Notes: generated by a model not told the origin, from the letters alone. Shown: positions 50,914 to 61,543, counted from the first letter of the stretch. The stretch: DNA of 64,000 nt from an uncultured delta proteobacterium (GCA_963696385.1 CAVOKF010000007.1:1-64000), one strand, 5' to 3'. Made by a program: numbers and translations.

Positions 50914-51056
50914 GTCGACAAAGAGGCGGCCGCCTCCTCCACCCCGCGAGAGCCGCACTTGCGCATCGGCGCATCGTCCTCGACGAGCAGAACCTGGGCC
51001 TTTGCTTCGCTCATGTCGACAAAGAGGCGGCCGCCTCTCCCACCCCGCGGGAGCCG
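50857..51056. repeat. 101-bp tandem duplication of the kdpD/kdpE junction
   Basis: ACTTGCGCATCGG...CATGTCGACAAAGAGGCGGCCGCCTC...GAGCCG occurs twice with a few substitutions. Confidence 0.9.
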
Positions 51057-53719
51057 GGTATACCGAGCGGCAGCGTAAAGCGAAACGATGCCCCCCCGCC
51101 CGGTCGATCTTCGACCCACATTCGACCGCCGTGAGCGGCGATGATCCCACGGCAAATCGTCAGCCCGAGGCCGACCCCGCCGCCCTCGGCTTGCTTCGCA
51201 CGATAGAACTTGTCGAAGACACGCTCGACGTCGGCTTTCGGCACGCCCGAACCTCGGTCGTTGACCTCTACCGTGACCTCGCTGCCCGCGGCTCGGGCTG
51301 CGATTTCGAGCGGGCTGCCTCCCGGGGTGTACTTCGTCGCGTTTTCCAGCAGGTTGATGAGAACCTGCTCAATGAATACAGGGTCCAGCGGAACGAGCGG
51401 CAGGTCGGCCGGAAGGTCGGTACGGATCTCGCGACCTCGCAGACGATCTTCCATGCGATTCAGCGCCGCTCCAACGACCTCCTCGAGGGGCTGAGCTTCC
51501 TTGTGCACCTTGAGCGCTCCTGCCTCGAGCCGCGTCATGTCGAGAAGGTTGGCCACGAGACGATTGAGCCGGAGCGCTTCGCCGTGAGCGGTGCGCAAGA
51601 GCTCCCGCCGGGTGGCTTCGTCGGTCGGAGCACCCGGTTCGAGCAACGCGCTGGTCGCTCCGGTCACCACTCCGAGCGGTGTGCGCAAATCGTGCGAGAC
51701 GGAGCTGAGGAGCGCGTTTCTCAATTGCTCGGTCTCGATCTTCAACGCGGCCCGCCGCGCTTCCTCGGCGAGCTGGGTGCGTTCGAGGGCGGATCCGACC
51801 AGACCTGCGATAGTCGCGAGCAGTTGCCGCTCGTCCGGATCGTCGAGACGCGAATCGGCGGCGGCAAAGAGCGCGAGAACACCCACGCGACCGCGAGAAC
51901 CGTGAAGCGGCACAAAGAGGCCCCGAGCGAGCGGCAACGTATCGGTGCCCGAGCCGGCGGGCTTCTGGTGTGTCCAAACCCAGTCGGCGACGCCTCGATC
52001 GTTGTCCCCCTCGCCGAGGGTGCCTTCGTCCGCGAGAACGATCTCGAGCGGCCCGTCGTGTCCAGGGAGCAGAAGCGCGACTTTGGCCCCGAACACTTCG
52101 CGAACGTGGCGGGCCGCGATTTCGAGCAGCATCTCGCGCGACGCGGCCACTCCCAGCTCGCGACTGACCGCGTAGAGACTCGCGGTGCGACGTTCGCCGC
52201 GGCGCGCGCTGTCGGCTTGATCGCGAATTCGTTTGGTGAGGCCGCTGATGACGATCGCGACGAAGAACATGACACCGAACGTCACGATGTGGCTGAAATC
52301 CGTGACCGCAAAGCTCATGTACGGCGGAACAAAGAAGAAATCGAATGCGAGAACGCTCAGCACCGCCGCGAGCAGCGACGCGCCGTACCCAAACCGCATG
52401 GAGACGATGACGACGCCGAGCAGGAACGTCATCACGACGTCCGCGATTTGCGACCGTCCGAAGAGGCCCCAAGCAACGAGGGCACACGTAATCACGACGG
52501 TCACTCCCGCCGAGTAGCCCGCAAGGTCGAAGGCTCCACGGACCACTTTGTCCGGCGGCGCCGGAAGCCTGGCGCCCAGAAAGCCGGAAATGACATAGAC
52601 GTCGATCTCGCGACTCTGCCGAACCAGGTCGTCCAAAAACGACTGCTTGATCAGGTCCCGCCAGCGCGGATGCGTGGGCTTGCCGACGACGATCTTGGTC
52701 ACGTTGCGCTTGCGCGCGTAGCGCACCGTTTCGATCGCGGCGTCTTCTCCGCGCAGGGTTACGGGCTCCCCGCCCAAGGATTCGACCAGGCGCATCGTCT
52801 GCGCGAGGCGATCGCGATCGGCAGGCGACATGCGGATGGACGCAGCCGTCTCGACGTAGACGGCAACGAGCTCCGCGTGGAGGCTCGTCGCCATTCGACG
52901 CGCCGCTCGAACGAGGTGAGCCGAGTGCGGACTGGCGGACACGCAGACCAGCACGCGTTCGCCGGTGTGCCACGTCTCCTCGATGCCGTGCGCGGCCTTG
53001 TAGCCGCGCATCTTGGCCTCGACCCGCTCTGCGGTGCGCCGCAGGGCGAGCTCGCGGAGCGCGATGAGGTTGCCTTCTTTGAAGAAATTATCGACCGCTC
53101 TCGAAGCTTGGTGGGCTACATAGACCTTGCCTTCGGCCAATCGTTCGAGCAGCTGGTCGACGGGCAGGTCCACGACCCGAACTTCGTAGGCCTTGTCGAA
53201 GACCGAGTCGGGCACAGTCTCGCGCACGAAGACCCCGGTGATCTGCGCGACGACGTCGTTCAGGCTCTCGAGATGTTGAACGTTGAGCGTCGTAAAGACG
53301 TCGATGCCTGCTTCGAGGATCTCTTCGACGTCTTGCCAACGCTTGACATGACGAGAGCTCGGCGCGTTGGTGTGCGCCAGCTCGTCGACGAGAAGCAGCT
53401 GCGGTCGGCGCCGGAGCGCGCCGTCGAGGTCGAATTCCTCGAGTTTGATTCCACGGTGCTCGATGACGCGCCGGGGCAACAGTTCGAGACCGATGAGCAG
53501 GGAACCGGTGTCGTAGCGACCGTGGGTCTCGGCGATTCCTACGGCGACGTCGCGCTTTTGATCCTCGGCCTCGATCCGGGCGGCCTCGAGCATCGTGTAC
53601 GTCTTTCCGACGCCTGGCGCCGACCCGAAAAAGATCGTCAGCTTGCCGCGGGCGGATTGAGCTTCGTCCTCTCGCACGCGCGCGAGAAGCGCGTCCGGAT
53701 CCGGGCGGTGTTCGGACAT
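51011..53719 (-). CDS. kdpD: Sensor histidine kinase KdpD
   Basis: RPDPDALL, GSAPGVGKTYTML, VDELAHTN, Usp domain, four TMs, GAF, SHDLRTPL and HATPase. Confidence 0.97.
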   Translation of the reverse strand: MSEHRPDPDALLARVREDEAQSARGKLTIFFGSAPGVGKTYTMLEAARIEAEDQKRDVAVGIAETHGRYDTGSLLIGLELLPRRVIEHRGIKLEEFDLDGALRRRPQLLLVDELAHTNAPSSRHVKRWQDVEEILEAGIDVFTTLNVQHLESLNDVVAQITGVFVRETVPDSVFDKAYEVRVVDLPVDQLLERLAEGKVYVAHQASRAVDNFFKEGNLIALRELALRRTAERVEAKMRGYKAAHGIEETWHTGERVLVCVSASPHSAHLVRAARRMATSLHAELVAVYVETAASIRMSPADRDRLAQTMRLVESLGGEPVTLRGEDAAIETVRYARKRNVTKIVVGKPTHPRWRDLIKQSFLDDLVRQSREIDVYVISGFLGARLPAPPDKVVRGAFDLAGYSAGVTVVITCALVAWGLFGRSQIADVVMTFLLGVVIVSMRFGYGASLLAAVLSVLAFDFFFVPPYMSFAVTDFSHIVTFGVMFFVAIVISGLTKRIRDQADSARRGERRTASLYAVSRELGVAASREMLLEIAARHVREVFGAKVALLLPGHDGPLEIVLADEGTLGEGDNDRGVADWVWTHQKPAGSGTDTLPLARGLFVPLHGSRGRVGVLALFAAADSRLDDPDERQLLATIAGLVGSALERTQLAEEARRAALKIETEQLRNALLSSVSHDLRTPLGVVTGATSALLEPGAPTDEATRRELLRTAHGEALRLNRLVANLLDMTRLEAGALKVHKEAQPLEEVVGAALNRMEDRLRGREIRTDLPADLPLVPLDPVFIEQVLINLLENATKYTPGGSPLEIAARAAGSEVTVEVNDRGSGVPKADVERVFDKFYRAKQAEGGGVGLGLTICRGIIAAHGGRMWVEDRPGGGASFRFTLPLGIPGSRGVGEAAASLST

Positions 53720-53804
53720 ACGCTCAGCTTACTCGAGGCCCGAGGCGCCGTTCCGATTGAGCCTCACCGGAAACGCCCACCCTGCGGCCGCCGCGACGGC
53801 GCGG

Positions 53805-56135
53805 TCAATCGAGTGGAGCGAACAGCGCTTCGACCTCGACTTCGCTCAGTCCGCGGGGCGTCTGCGATTCGCCGAAGAGGGTGGTCGACAGCCAGCGCTT
53901 CTTCTGCTGAAGCTCGAGGACCCGCTCCTCGACGCTGCCTGCGACATAAAGGTTGTGGACGAACACCGGGCGCCGCTGACCGATCCGGTACGCGCGATCG
54001 GTTGCTTGCGCGTGGGCAGCGGGGTTCCACCAGGGCTCGTAGTGCACGACCGTATCGGCGCTCGTGAGGTTCAGGCCCGTCCCGCCGGCCTTCAGGCTCA
54101 CGAGGAATACGTCCGCGCGCCCTGCCTCGAAAGCATCCACGACTCGCTGGCGGTCTCTCGTTGCCCCCGTGAGAATCAAGTACTGCGTACCGGCCGACGA
54201 CAGCGCTTCGCCGACAAGAGCCAGCATGCTCGCAAATTGCGAGAACACCAGAACGCGATGACCGCCCGAGAGCTGCTCGGCCAAAAGAACCATGAGCGCC
54301 TTCAGCTTGGCGGACTCTCGCACGCCTCGCGCTGCGTCCATATCGAGCAGCCGCGGATCGCAGCAGATCTGCCGAAGCTTCGTGAGCGCGCCGAGGATGG
54401 CGATGGTGGAGCCAGCGAGACCCTTGGCGCGGATCGCCCGCCGCACGTCGGCATGGGCCGCCACTCGAATCGCCTCGTACAAGTCGCGCTGGCCGCCGGC
54501 AATCTCGACGGGCGCGGCGAGCTCCGTCTTCGGAGGAAGCTCGCGCGCGACGTCTTTCTTCAGGCGGCGCAGGACCCGGGGGGCGATGATCTCTCGAAGC
54601 GCCGCGAAGCGCTCGCCATCACCACGCGCTTCGATGGGTTGCCGCCAGAATCGACGGAACGCGAGCTCGTCGCCGAGGAGGCCCGGAACGAGCCAATCGA
54701 AGATGGACCACAACTCGCCGAGGTGGTTTTCGACGGGCGTTCCGGTCAGGCAGAGACGGCTCCCGGCCCGTATGCGCTCGAGCGCCCGGCGGGCCAGACT
54801 GCGCGCATTCTTGATGGCTTGCGCCTCGTCGAGCACGACCAGATGAAAGCGCGTTTGCGCGAACCGATCCTCGTCGCGAACGAGCACCGAATACGTGGTG
54901 ACCACGACGTGTGCGCCGGCGACCGCCGACCAGCGCGCACGCCGGTCGGCACCGTGCAAAATGACGACGTCGAGATCGGGTGCGAACTTCGCGAGTTCAC
55001 GCGCCCAGTTGCCCATCAAGGTGGTCGGAGCAACGACGAGAACGGGGGCGTCGAGCCGTCCCCCTTCGCGCTCGAGGCACACGTGTGCGATAGTCTGTAG
55101 CGTCTTGCCGAGGCCCATTTCGTCGGCAAGGACGCCACCGGTCCGATCGTCTCGCAGACGCTGGAGGAAGGCCACGCCTTCCGCCTGATATGGCCGCAAT
55201 GTCGCCCGCAGCCCGATCGGGGCCGAGACGGGTGCGGGCGATACTCGGGGCGCGCGGATTCTCGACGTGACGCGGGCCGGACCGTCCCATTCGAGGCGCG
55301 TGTCATTCCGGAAGGCGTCGTCGAGGGCGAGCAGAGCGCCGATGCGCGCTTGGGGAAACGCGGAACCCCGACCGTGTTGACCTTGATAAAGCTCCGCCAC
55401 GACGCGCAGGAGGGCCCTCAGCCGATCCACCGGAACCGCCACGTGGTGGGTTTCGGTGGCACGAAGCGCCCACACGGGCCGGCACGACGCCCCCAGGGCG
55501 CCAAGGCCCCCCTCGGAATCGAGCCGATTGAGCAGGTCGAGAAGCAACGGCAGCAAATCGATCCGGGCCCCCTCGACTTCGACGCCGAGTTCGAGCCCGA
55601 ACCAATCCGTCGCGCCCTCGCACGGCTCGATCCGCGCGTACCACTCGGTCTCGGTCTCGACGACCCGGAAGGGATACAGCGGATCGACGTCGACCCGCCA
55701 ACCGAGAACCCGAAAGCGACCAAGCGCGCGTGACGTAAATGCGCAAAAGCAATGCTCATCGGCATCCGCGCGCACGACGTAATCCGCTTCGCATCCGGTC
55801 GGCGCCGCGATCGTGTCGACGCAGAGCAGCTCGACCGCGCCGAGGGACTCGAGCATACGCCTCGCCTCGCCCTCCGAGACCAGGTCCCGCTCGATGGTCT
55901 CGAGGGCCCCGGCGACTGCGCGGAATACCCTGGTTCGCTCGTCACCCGCCCGAACGCGTGTGCCGCCGTAATCGAAGGTCAACTCCACGAGGGGCACGAG
56001 CGGCTCGCTCACTTCGCACGCGAGCCCCCGGGTGCTCGTGACGACGACGTGATCGGCGAACAGTCGCACACAGGGTACGCACGCCGCGCGTCGCGGGGCG
56101 TATTGGAAGCTCGGCAAGGAAAGCGGCACGCTCAC
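53805..56135 (-). CDS. SNF2-family helicase/ATPase
   Basis: LRPYQ, LADEMGLGKT, LDEAQ, LTGTPVEN, KAGGTGLNL, WWNPA and DRAYRIGQ. Confidence 0.93.
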   Translation of the reverse strand: MSVPLSLPSFQYAPRRAACVPCVRLFADHVVVTSTRGLACEVSEPLVPLVELTFDYGGTRVRAGDERTRVFRAVAGALETIERDLVSEGEARRMLESLGAVELLCVDTIAAPTGCEADYVVRADADEHCFCAFTSRALGRFRVLGWRVDVDPLYPFRVVETETEWYARIEPCEGATDWFGLELGVEVEGARIDLLPLLLDLLNRLDSEGGLGALGASCRPVWALRATETHHVAVPVDRLRALLRVVAELYQGQHGRGSAFPQARIGALLALDDAFRNDTRLEWDGPARVTSRIRAPRVSPAPVSAPIGLRATLRPYQAEGVAFLQRLRDDRTGGVLADEMGLGKTLQTIAHVCLEREGGRLDAPVLVVAPTTLMGNWARELAKFAPDLDVVILHGADRRARWSAVAGAHVVVTTYSVLVRDEDRFAQTRFHLVVLDEAQAIKNARSLARRALERIRAGSRLCLTGTPVENHLGELWSIFDWLVPGLLGDELAFRRFWRQPIEARGDGERFAALREIIAPRVLRRLKKDVARELPPKTELAAPVEIAGGQRDLYEAIRVAAHADVRRAIRAKGLAGSTIAILGALTKLRQICCDPRLLDMDAARGVRESAKLKALMVLLAEQLSGGHRVLVFSQFASMLALVGEALSSAGTQYLILTGATRDRQRVVDAFEAGRADVFLVSLKAGGTGLNLTSADTVVHYEPWWNPAAHAQATDRAYRIGQRRPVFVHNLYVAGSVEERVLELQQKKRWLSTTLFGESQTPRGLSEVEVEALFAPLD

Positions 56136-56343
56136 CCTTTGATCACAATCGGCGGACGATGTCTAAGCTTTGGCGGCTGGTCGAACTCGATGGATCGACT
56201 TCGGCGGCTTCACGCGGCCGCAGCTCGTAGTTCCACGCCCCCGTACCGCGCGACCCGTCGACGACGGATGCCCTATCCAGGACGATGGCAAGACAAATTC
56301 GGACGTGGCCTTAGGAACCCGTAGCGCGACCGGGCGGGACTCG

Positions 56344-59043
56344 TCAGACGCGCGGCAACGCCTGCGTTCGCCTCAACGCGCCCGCAAACAGATCGCCCCG
56401 CTCGACGACTCGCGCCATCACCGAGCGGATGTCGAAGCGGGTGGGATCGAGCGCTTCGTCGAGCTCGTCCCATTCGATCGGCGTCGATACGATCGCGCCG
56501 TCGCGCGCGCGAATCGAGTACGGCGCGACCACCGTACGACCCTCGCCGTTCTGGCCGTAGTCGACGTAGAGCTTGCCTCGCCGTTTGACCTTCATCCGCT
56601 CGACCGTCGCGATCTTCGGTAGCACCTTCGACACGGCACGCGCTACCTGCTCCGCAAACCGGGTGGCCTGCGCGTGCGTCGGCCCCGGTGCGATGGGTAC
56701 GACGACGTGCACTCCACGCTTGCCGCTCGTCTTGACGTAGCTCTCGAGCTCGAGCGCCTCGAGCAAGGTCCGTAAGGCGCGCGCGACTTCGACCAGATGC
56801 GCCCACGGGCCGTCTCCCGGGTCGAGATCCAGCACGACGTAGTCCGGCTGCGCGAGGGCCCGATCGATCGCCGTGCGCGTCGTGGCGGCCGGCGGCACGT
56901 GGCTGCACCATTGGTGAATCGTCAGCGCGGCGAGATTCGCGAGCCACTGAAGCGTCTCGACGTTGTCGCAGACGATTCGCTTCTTGGCATCGTGGCGGGG
57001 GCCCACGTCGACGAGACGCACGAAGGCAGGAACCTTGTCCGGCACGTTCTGCTGGTACCATTCTGCGCCGTCGATCCCATTCGGATAACGCTGCAGCGTC
57101 AGCGGCCGACCCGCCAGGTGCGGAACCATGAACCGTGCGATCGTCGTGTAGTAGTCCCAGACGTCGCGCTTCGTGAGCCCGTCTCTCGGGAAAAGGACTT
57201 TGGTCGCATTCGCCAGCTTTGGCTCGTTTCCACGCGGAGCGAGTCCCGACCGCGCGCCATCGGCGGGTGCTTGCGACAGAGCATCGCGCACGACGGTGGC
57301 GGTAGGCTCCGATTCCGGGATCGGATCGGCGGCCTGAGACGCCGCCGACGACGACTCATCGGTGTTGCCGACCGATGGCCCTTCACGGACGCATTCGAAG
57401 GGAGTCTTGTCTTCCCGCACCCTGACAAAGCGCGGTTGCCGCATCGCGCCGTCGCGCGTCCACTCTGTGAACGCGCACTCGCAGACGAGCGTCGGTTCGA
57501 CCCAATGCGCTTGCTTGATCGCAGGAGCCCCCTCGACGGACGCGCCGTCTTTGCGCCGCTCGTCGAGGCGCCGAGCGAGGTCGCGTCGCGTTCGCTCATC
57601 GAAACCGGTGCCGACACGGCCCGCGAAGACCAGTTTGTCGCCTTCGGCGACCGCCAGCAGCAAGGCGCCGACCTCGTCGTTCGTGCCGGCCAGCGGGATG
57701 TATCCGCCGATGGCGCAATCTTGCCGTCGATCGAATCGGAGCTTGAGCCACGTGCCCGCTCGCCCGGGTGCATACGGAGAGCCCTTCTTCTTTGCGACGA
57801 GTCCCTCGAGACCCGCGCGGCGAGCGGCTTGCAACAGATCCGGCACGTTGCCTTCGACACTGCGAGAGAGCGTCAGCGGCAACGGTTGAGCCTCGACCAA
57901 CCGCGCGAGAAGCTCCCTGCGCGCCTCGATGGGATCGGACCGTCGATCTCGCCCGTCGAGCCACAGGAGGTCGAAGACCGCGTACACGATCGAGGCGCTT
58001 GCCGAGCGTCCAGCGAGCCACCCCTGGAGTCTCTCGAACGAGGGCCGCCCCTGGTCGTCGACGGCGCACGCCTCCCCGTCGATCACGCACTCGCGCACGG
58101 GGAGTTTGGCGACCGCTCGGGCGATGAGGGCAAAGCGGTCCGTCCAGTCGTGGCCGCGCCGCGTGTAGAGCCGAACTTCGCCGCCGGCTTTGCACGCCAG
58201 AAGCCGATAGCCGTCGTACTTGATCTCGAAGTGCCAATCCTCGGCGCTGGGAATCGACGCGACCGCCTTCGCCAACGCGACGCCGCCGACGGCGGTCCAC
58301 AGGGCGTGCGCGCTCTTGCCGATCTCCGACGCTCCGACGCGGTGCGGACCGCGCGTGGCGAGACGGCCGCTGACGACCGACTCCGGCCGTAGAGCCACGA
58401 TGTCGTAGTGGGGGTCGGCGGCCGCGTCGTTGGCCTTGAACCAAAGCCACTGCGCCTTGCCAGGACCGCCTTGACCGTCGTCGCCACCACGCCGGTCCGT
58501 TCGAACCAGGTGCCATTGTCCGACGAGTTTGTCTCCGAACAAGGTCACATGCAGATGCCCTTTGGTCAGCATCGCGCGCTCCGCTCCCGGGGGCACGGTC
58601 TCGTAGGTGCCTCGGTCCCAAATGAGAACGTCCCCAGCGCCGTATTCGCCGTCCGGGATTCGCCCCTCGAAAGCGTTGTAGGCCATCGGGTGATCCTCGG
58701 TCTGAACCGCGAGCCGACGAACCTTCGGGTCGAAGCTCGGCCCCTTGGGCACCGCCCAGCTGACCATGGCGCCGTCGATCTCCAAGCGCAGATCGTAGTG
58801 CAGGCGCCGCGCATCGTGCTTTTGGACGACGAACGCCAAACCCGTGGACGGTCGCGGCGACCCGCCGGGACGGTCGGACGACGTTTTCTTTTCCGACCTC
58901 CCGCGGCTCTGCGACGATCGGGGTCCGGGCTCGGGCGTGACGTCGAATCGCCTCTTGGCGCGATACGCGGCCAAGCGATCGCCCGGACTGCTCATGATTT
59001 CAGTGCCGGACTTGCGAATTGTGCGTTTGCTTGTCATCGCCAT
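56344..59043 (-). CDS. ligD: NHEJ DNA ligase D (phosphoesterase-ligase-polymerase)
   Basis: FVVQKHDARRLHYDLRLE, EIKYDGYR, EGLVAKK, DLDP, KTSGKRGVH and VAPYSIR. Start may be 58995. Confidence 0.96.
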   Translation of the reverse strand: MAMTSKRTIRKSGTEIMSSPGDRLAAYRAKRRFDVTPEPGPRSSQSRGRSEKKTSSDRPGGSPRPSTGLAFVVQKHDARRLHYDLRLEIDGAMVSWAVPKGPSFDPKVRRLAVQTEDHPMAYNAFEGRIPDGEYGAGDVLIWDRGTYETVPPGAERAMLTKGHLHVTLFGDKLVGQWHLVRTDRRGGDDGQGGPGKAQWLWFKANDAAADPHYDIVALRPESVVSGRLATRGPHRVGASEIGKSAHALWTAVGGVALAKAVASIPSAEDWHFEIKYDGYRLLACKAGGEVRLYTRRGHDWTDRFALIARAVAKLPVRECVIDGEACAVDDQGRPSFERLQGWLAGRSASASIVYAVFDLLWLDGRDRRSDPIEARRELLARLVEAQPLPLTLSRSVEGNVPDLLQAARRAGLEGLVAKKKGSPYAPGRAGTWLKLRFDRRQDCAIGGYIPLAGTNDEVGALLLAVAEGDKLVFAGRVGTGFDERTRRDLARRLDERRKDGASVEGAPAIKQAHWVEPTLVCECAFTEWTRDGAMRQPRFVRVREDKTPFECVREGPSVGNTDESSSAASQAADPIPESEPTATVVRDALSQAPADGARSGLAPRGNEPKLANATKVLFPRDGLTKRDVWDYYTTIARFMVPHLAGRPLTLQRYPNGIDGAEWYQQNVPDKVPAFVRLVDVGPRHDAKKRIVCDNVETLQWLANLAALTIHQWCSHVPPAATTRTAIDRALAQPDYVVLDLDPGDGPWAHLVEVARALRTLLEALELESYVKTSGKRGVHVVVPIAPGPTHAQATRFAEQVARAVSKVLPKIATVERMKVKRRGKLYVDYGQNGEGRTVVAPYSIRARDGAIVSTPIEWDELDEALDPTRFDIRSVMARVVERGDLFAGALRRTQALPRV

Positions 59044-59076
59044 ACGGTCAGGCTTGGCGCGAGGAGAGGTTCGCCG

Positions 59077-59949
59077 ATGCGATCATTCTGGTCTGGTGAA
59101 GTTACATTCGGGCTCGTCACGATTCCGGCCAAGCTCTACACGGCCACCAAGGACCTCACGCCGCAGTTTCACCAGCTGCACAAGGAATGCGGGACGCGCA
59201 TCACGATGGTGCGCCGCTGCCCCAAGTGCAACCGCGATCTCCCGTGGGACGAGATCGGCAAAGGATACGAAGTCTCCAAAGGCGAGTATGCGCTCTTCAG
59301 CCGCGAGGAGCTTGCCAAGCTGGACGGCGAGGATGGCGGCGGCGCGATCGAAATCGTCGAATTCGTCGACCCGCTCGAGGTGGACCTCGCCTACGTCGAA
59401 AAGAGCTACTGGGTCGGTCCCGGCAGCAAAAATGTGCGCGGCTTCGAGCTTTTGCGCGCGGTGCTCGAGGACACCAAGAAGGTAGCCCTATCGAAGGTGA
59501 AGCTACGGACGCGCACGCGCTTGGCGCTTCTCCGACCGCGTGGGCGCCTGTTTTCGCTCGACATGATGCGCTTCGCCGAGGAGCTCGTACCGGCCGACGA
59601 GATCGAGCCGGGCGAGAGCAAGCCGGCGACGCCGCGCGAGACCCAGCTCGCTCTTCACTTGGTCGAAGAGCTCTCCGGTCCTTTCGATCCGGCCAAACAC
59701 CCGGACGAGTATCGGAGCGCGGTGCTCGCAGCGGTCGACGAAAAGGTCGAGGCGGGCGAAGTCGCGCGCGACACGGCCACCGAAGCGCCGGCGGCCGGAG
59801 GCGTCGCGACCGGAGCGCAAGTCATCGACCTGGCGGAGCTTCTCACGAAGTCGATCCAAGTGGCCAACAAGCCCGGACCTGCGAAGGCGCAAACGGCTCA
59901 TGCCGACAAGTCGAAGGCCGCCCCCAAGAAGAGGCGCGCGACCGGCTAA
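59077..59949 (+). CDS. ku: NHEJ Ku protein
   Basis: MRSFWSGEVTFGLVTIPAKLYTA, KGYEV, FDPAKHPDEY and VIDL; divergent from ligD. Confidence 0.96.
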   Translation: MRSFWSGEVTFGLVTIPAKLYTATKDLTPQFHQLHKECGTRITMVRRCPKCNRDLPWDEIGKGYEVSKGEYALFSREELAKLDGEDGGGAIEIVEFVDPLEVDLAYVEKSYWVGPGSKNVRGFELLRAVLEDTKKVALSKVKLRTRTRLALLRPRGRLFSLDMMRFAEELVPADEIEPGESKPATPRETQLALHLVEELSGPFDPAKHPDEYRSAVLAAVDEKVEAGEVARDTATEAPAAGGVATGAQVIDLAELLTKSIQVANKPGPAKAQTAHADKSKAAPKKRRATG

Positions 59950-59964
59950 GCCGATACGGCAAGA

Positions 59965-60654
59965 CTACTCTTCCGGCGTCGCGTTCTCGCTGAATCGGTA
60001 GCCCACGCCGCGAACTGTCTCGATGAAGCGACCCGCAGTACCGAGCTTGTCGCGCAAACGCTTCACGTGCGTGTCCACTGTGCGCGACGCGATGTCGGAA
60101 TGGAGCGCCCAGACATCGCTCAGAAGGGTTCCGCGAGCTTGAACGCGATCGCGCCGGTCCGTGAGCGTCACGAGGAGCTTGAACTCGAGTGCCGTGAGCT
60201 GCACCTCTTCGCCGTTGACGGAGACGCGATGCGCGTCGCGTTCGACTCGAAGCTCGCCGACCTCGATGACTCGCTGCTCCGGGGCGCGTCCTCGGCGCAA
60301 AACGGCATCGACGCGCAGCATGAGTTCGCGCACGCTAAACGGCTTGACGACATAGTCGTCGGCGCCGAGCTCGAAGCCGACGATGCGATCGATTTCCTGT
60401 GCTTTGGCCGTCACCATGATGATCGGCACGAGTTGCGTCTCCGGCTCACGGCGGAGCGCCTTCGCGACATTCGTTCCGGACACGTCGGGGAGCATCAAAT
60501 CGAGCAACACGACTTCGGGACGTATTTCCTGAGCCAACTTCAGACCGGCCTCGCCGGTGGCAGCGGCGAATGGACGGTGGCCGGCTTGCGCGAGATTGTA
60601 CTCGAGGATTTCTCGCAGATCGGCTTCGTCTTCGATGAGGAGCACGCGCGCCAC
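59965..60654 (-). CDS. OmpR/PhoB-family response regulator
   Basis: LLDLMLPD, GFELGADDYVVKPFSVREL, RTVDTHVKRLRDKLG and IETVRGVGYRF. Start GTG 60654 or 60699. Confidence 0.93.
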   Translation of the reverse strand: MARVLLIEDEADLREILEYNLAQAGHRPFAAATGEAGLKLAQEIRPEVVLLDLMLPDVSGTNVAKALRREPETQLVPIIMVTAKAQEIDRIVGFELGADDYVVKPFSVRELMLRVDAVLRRGRAPEQRVIEVGELRVERDAHRVSVNGEEVQLTALEFKLLVTLTDRRDRVQARGTLLSDVWALHSDIASRTVDTHVKRLRDKLGTAGRFIETVRGVGYRFSENATPEE

Positions 60655-60699
60655 GCCCGGCAGCGTCGGCGGCGCGTGCGAAGCCCGTGCGCCGACCAC

Positions 60700-60787
60700 G
60701 TGACGTTTCCGTCACGCGGTACGCTACCGTCGCCTGGGACTGTCCCTCCGACACGGCGCCGCCCGACTACGTGACGTTTCCGTCACG
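60700..60787. promoter_or_regulatory. Two identical GTGACGTTTCCGTCACG boxes upstream of the response regulator
   Basis: Copies at 60700-60716 and 60771-60787. Each is palindromic and also a GT(G/C)ACG direct repeat with 11-bp spacing. Confidence 0.5.
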
Positions 60788-60910
60788 CCGTACGCGCGCC
60801 GCGCCGCGCCGCCGTCTTGGGCGCGAACCTTCGGGCGGCACGGGCCCCACGACGCCGTACGACTGCGGGCCGCGCCCGCGATCGAACTCGAGGCACTTGA
60901 TGGCGGATCG

Positions 60911-61102
60911 ACCCCGCGTTCTTGAGCTCGATGCGCTGGGATCGGGCGTGATGAGGTGCTCCGGTGCGGTTCAACCCCGCGTTCTTGAGCTCGATGCGCC
61001 GGGATCGGGCGTGATGAGGGCTCCGGTGCGGTTCAACCCCGCGTTCTTGAGCTCGATGCGCTGGGATCGGGCGTGATGAGGCGCTCCGGTGCGGTTCAAC
61101 CC
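60911..61102. repeat. About 63-bp tandem repeat, 3 copies
   Basis: ACCCCGCGTTCTTGAGCTCGATGCGC(T/C)GGGATCGGGCGTGATGAGG..CTCCGGTGCGGTTCA. Confidence 0.9.
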
Positions 61103-61242
61103 GCGATCGAGTTCGATCCCTGCTTGAGCTCGGACTCCGTTTCTACGCGACGGTCCTGAAAACTTTTGGTGACATTGCGTTGACTCGCCCGGGCCGATGG
61201 GTGGAGCCGTGCCATCCTGTTCTGCATCGACGGAGGAAGCCC

Positions 61243-61428
61243 ATGAAGATCAAGGGAAAACAGACGCGATCGGCGCGACCGGCAAAGGCGGAGCCGCGGG
61301 AATCGGGCGTGTTCGTCGTCCCCAGCCACGGCCGACTGGCGCGCCGAGGTTCGACTGAAATCATCGTCGAAGAGGAGGAGCAGGAGACACCGCGCGGTCT
61401 TCGCGATCTGCAGAGCCACGTCTCCTAG
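61243..61428 (+). CDS. Small hypothetical protein
   Basis: ATG preceded by GGAGG; 61 aa with an acidic stretch. Confidence 0.4.
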   Translation: MKIKGKQTRSARPAKAEPRESGVFVVPSHGRLARRGSTEIIVEEEEQETPRGLRDLQSHVS

Positions 61429-61543
61429 ACCTGGAGCCTCGTCTCCTAGAGCCTCGTCTCCTAGAGCCTCGTCTCCTAGAGCCTCGTCTCCTAGAGCCTC
61501 GTCTCCTAGAGCCTCGTCTCCTAGAGCCTCGTCTCGTCTCCTA
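61420..61543. repeat. 15-bp minisatellite (GAGCCTCGTCTCCTA), about 7 copies
   Basis: Read directly from the sequence between convergent genes. Confidence 0.95.

Noticed and set aside
50711..54067. 1118-aa plus-strand ORF
   Set aside because: Antisense shadow of kdpD/kdpE, typical of high-GC coding DNA, with no motifs.
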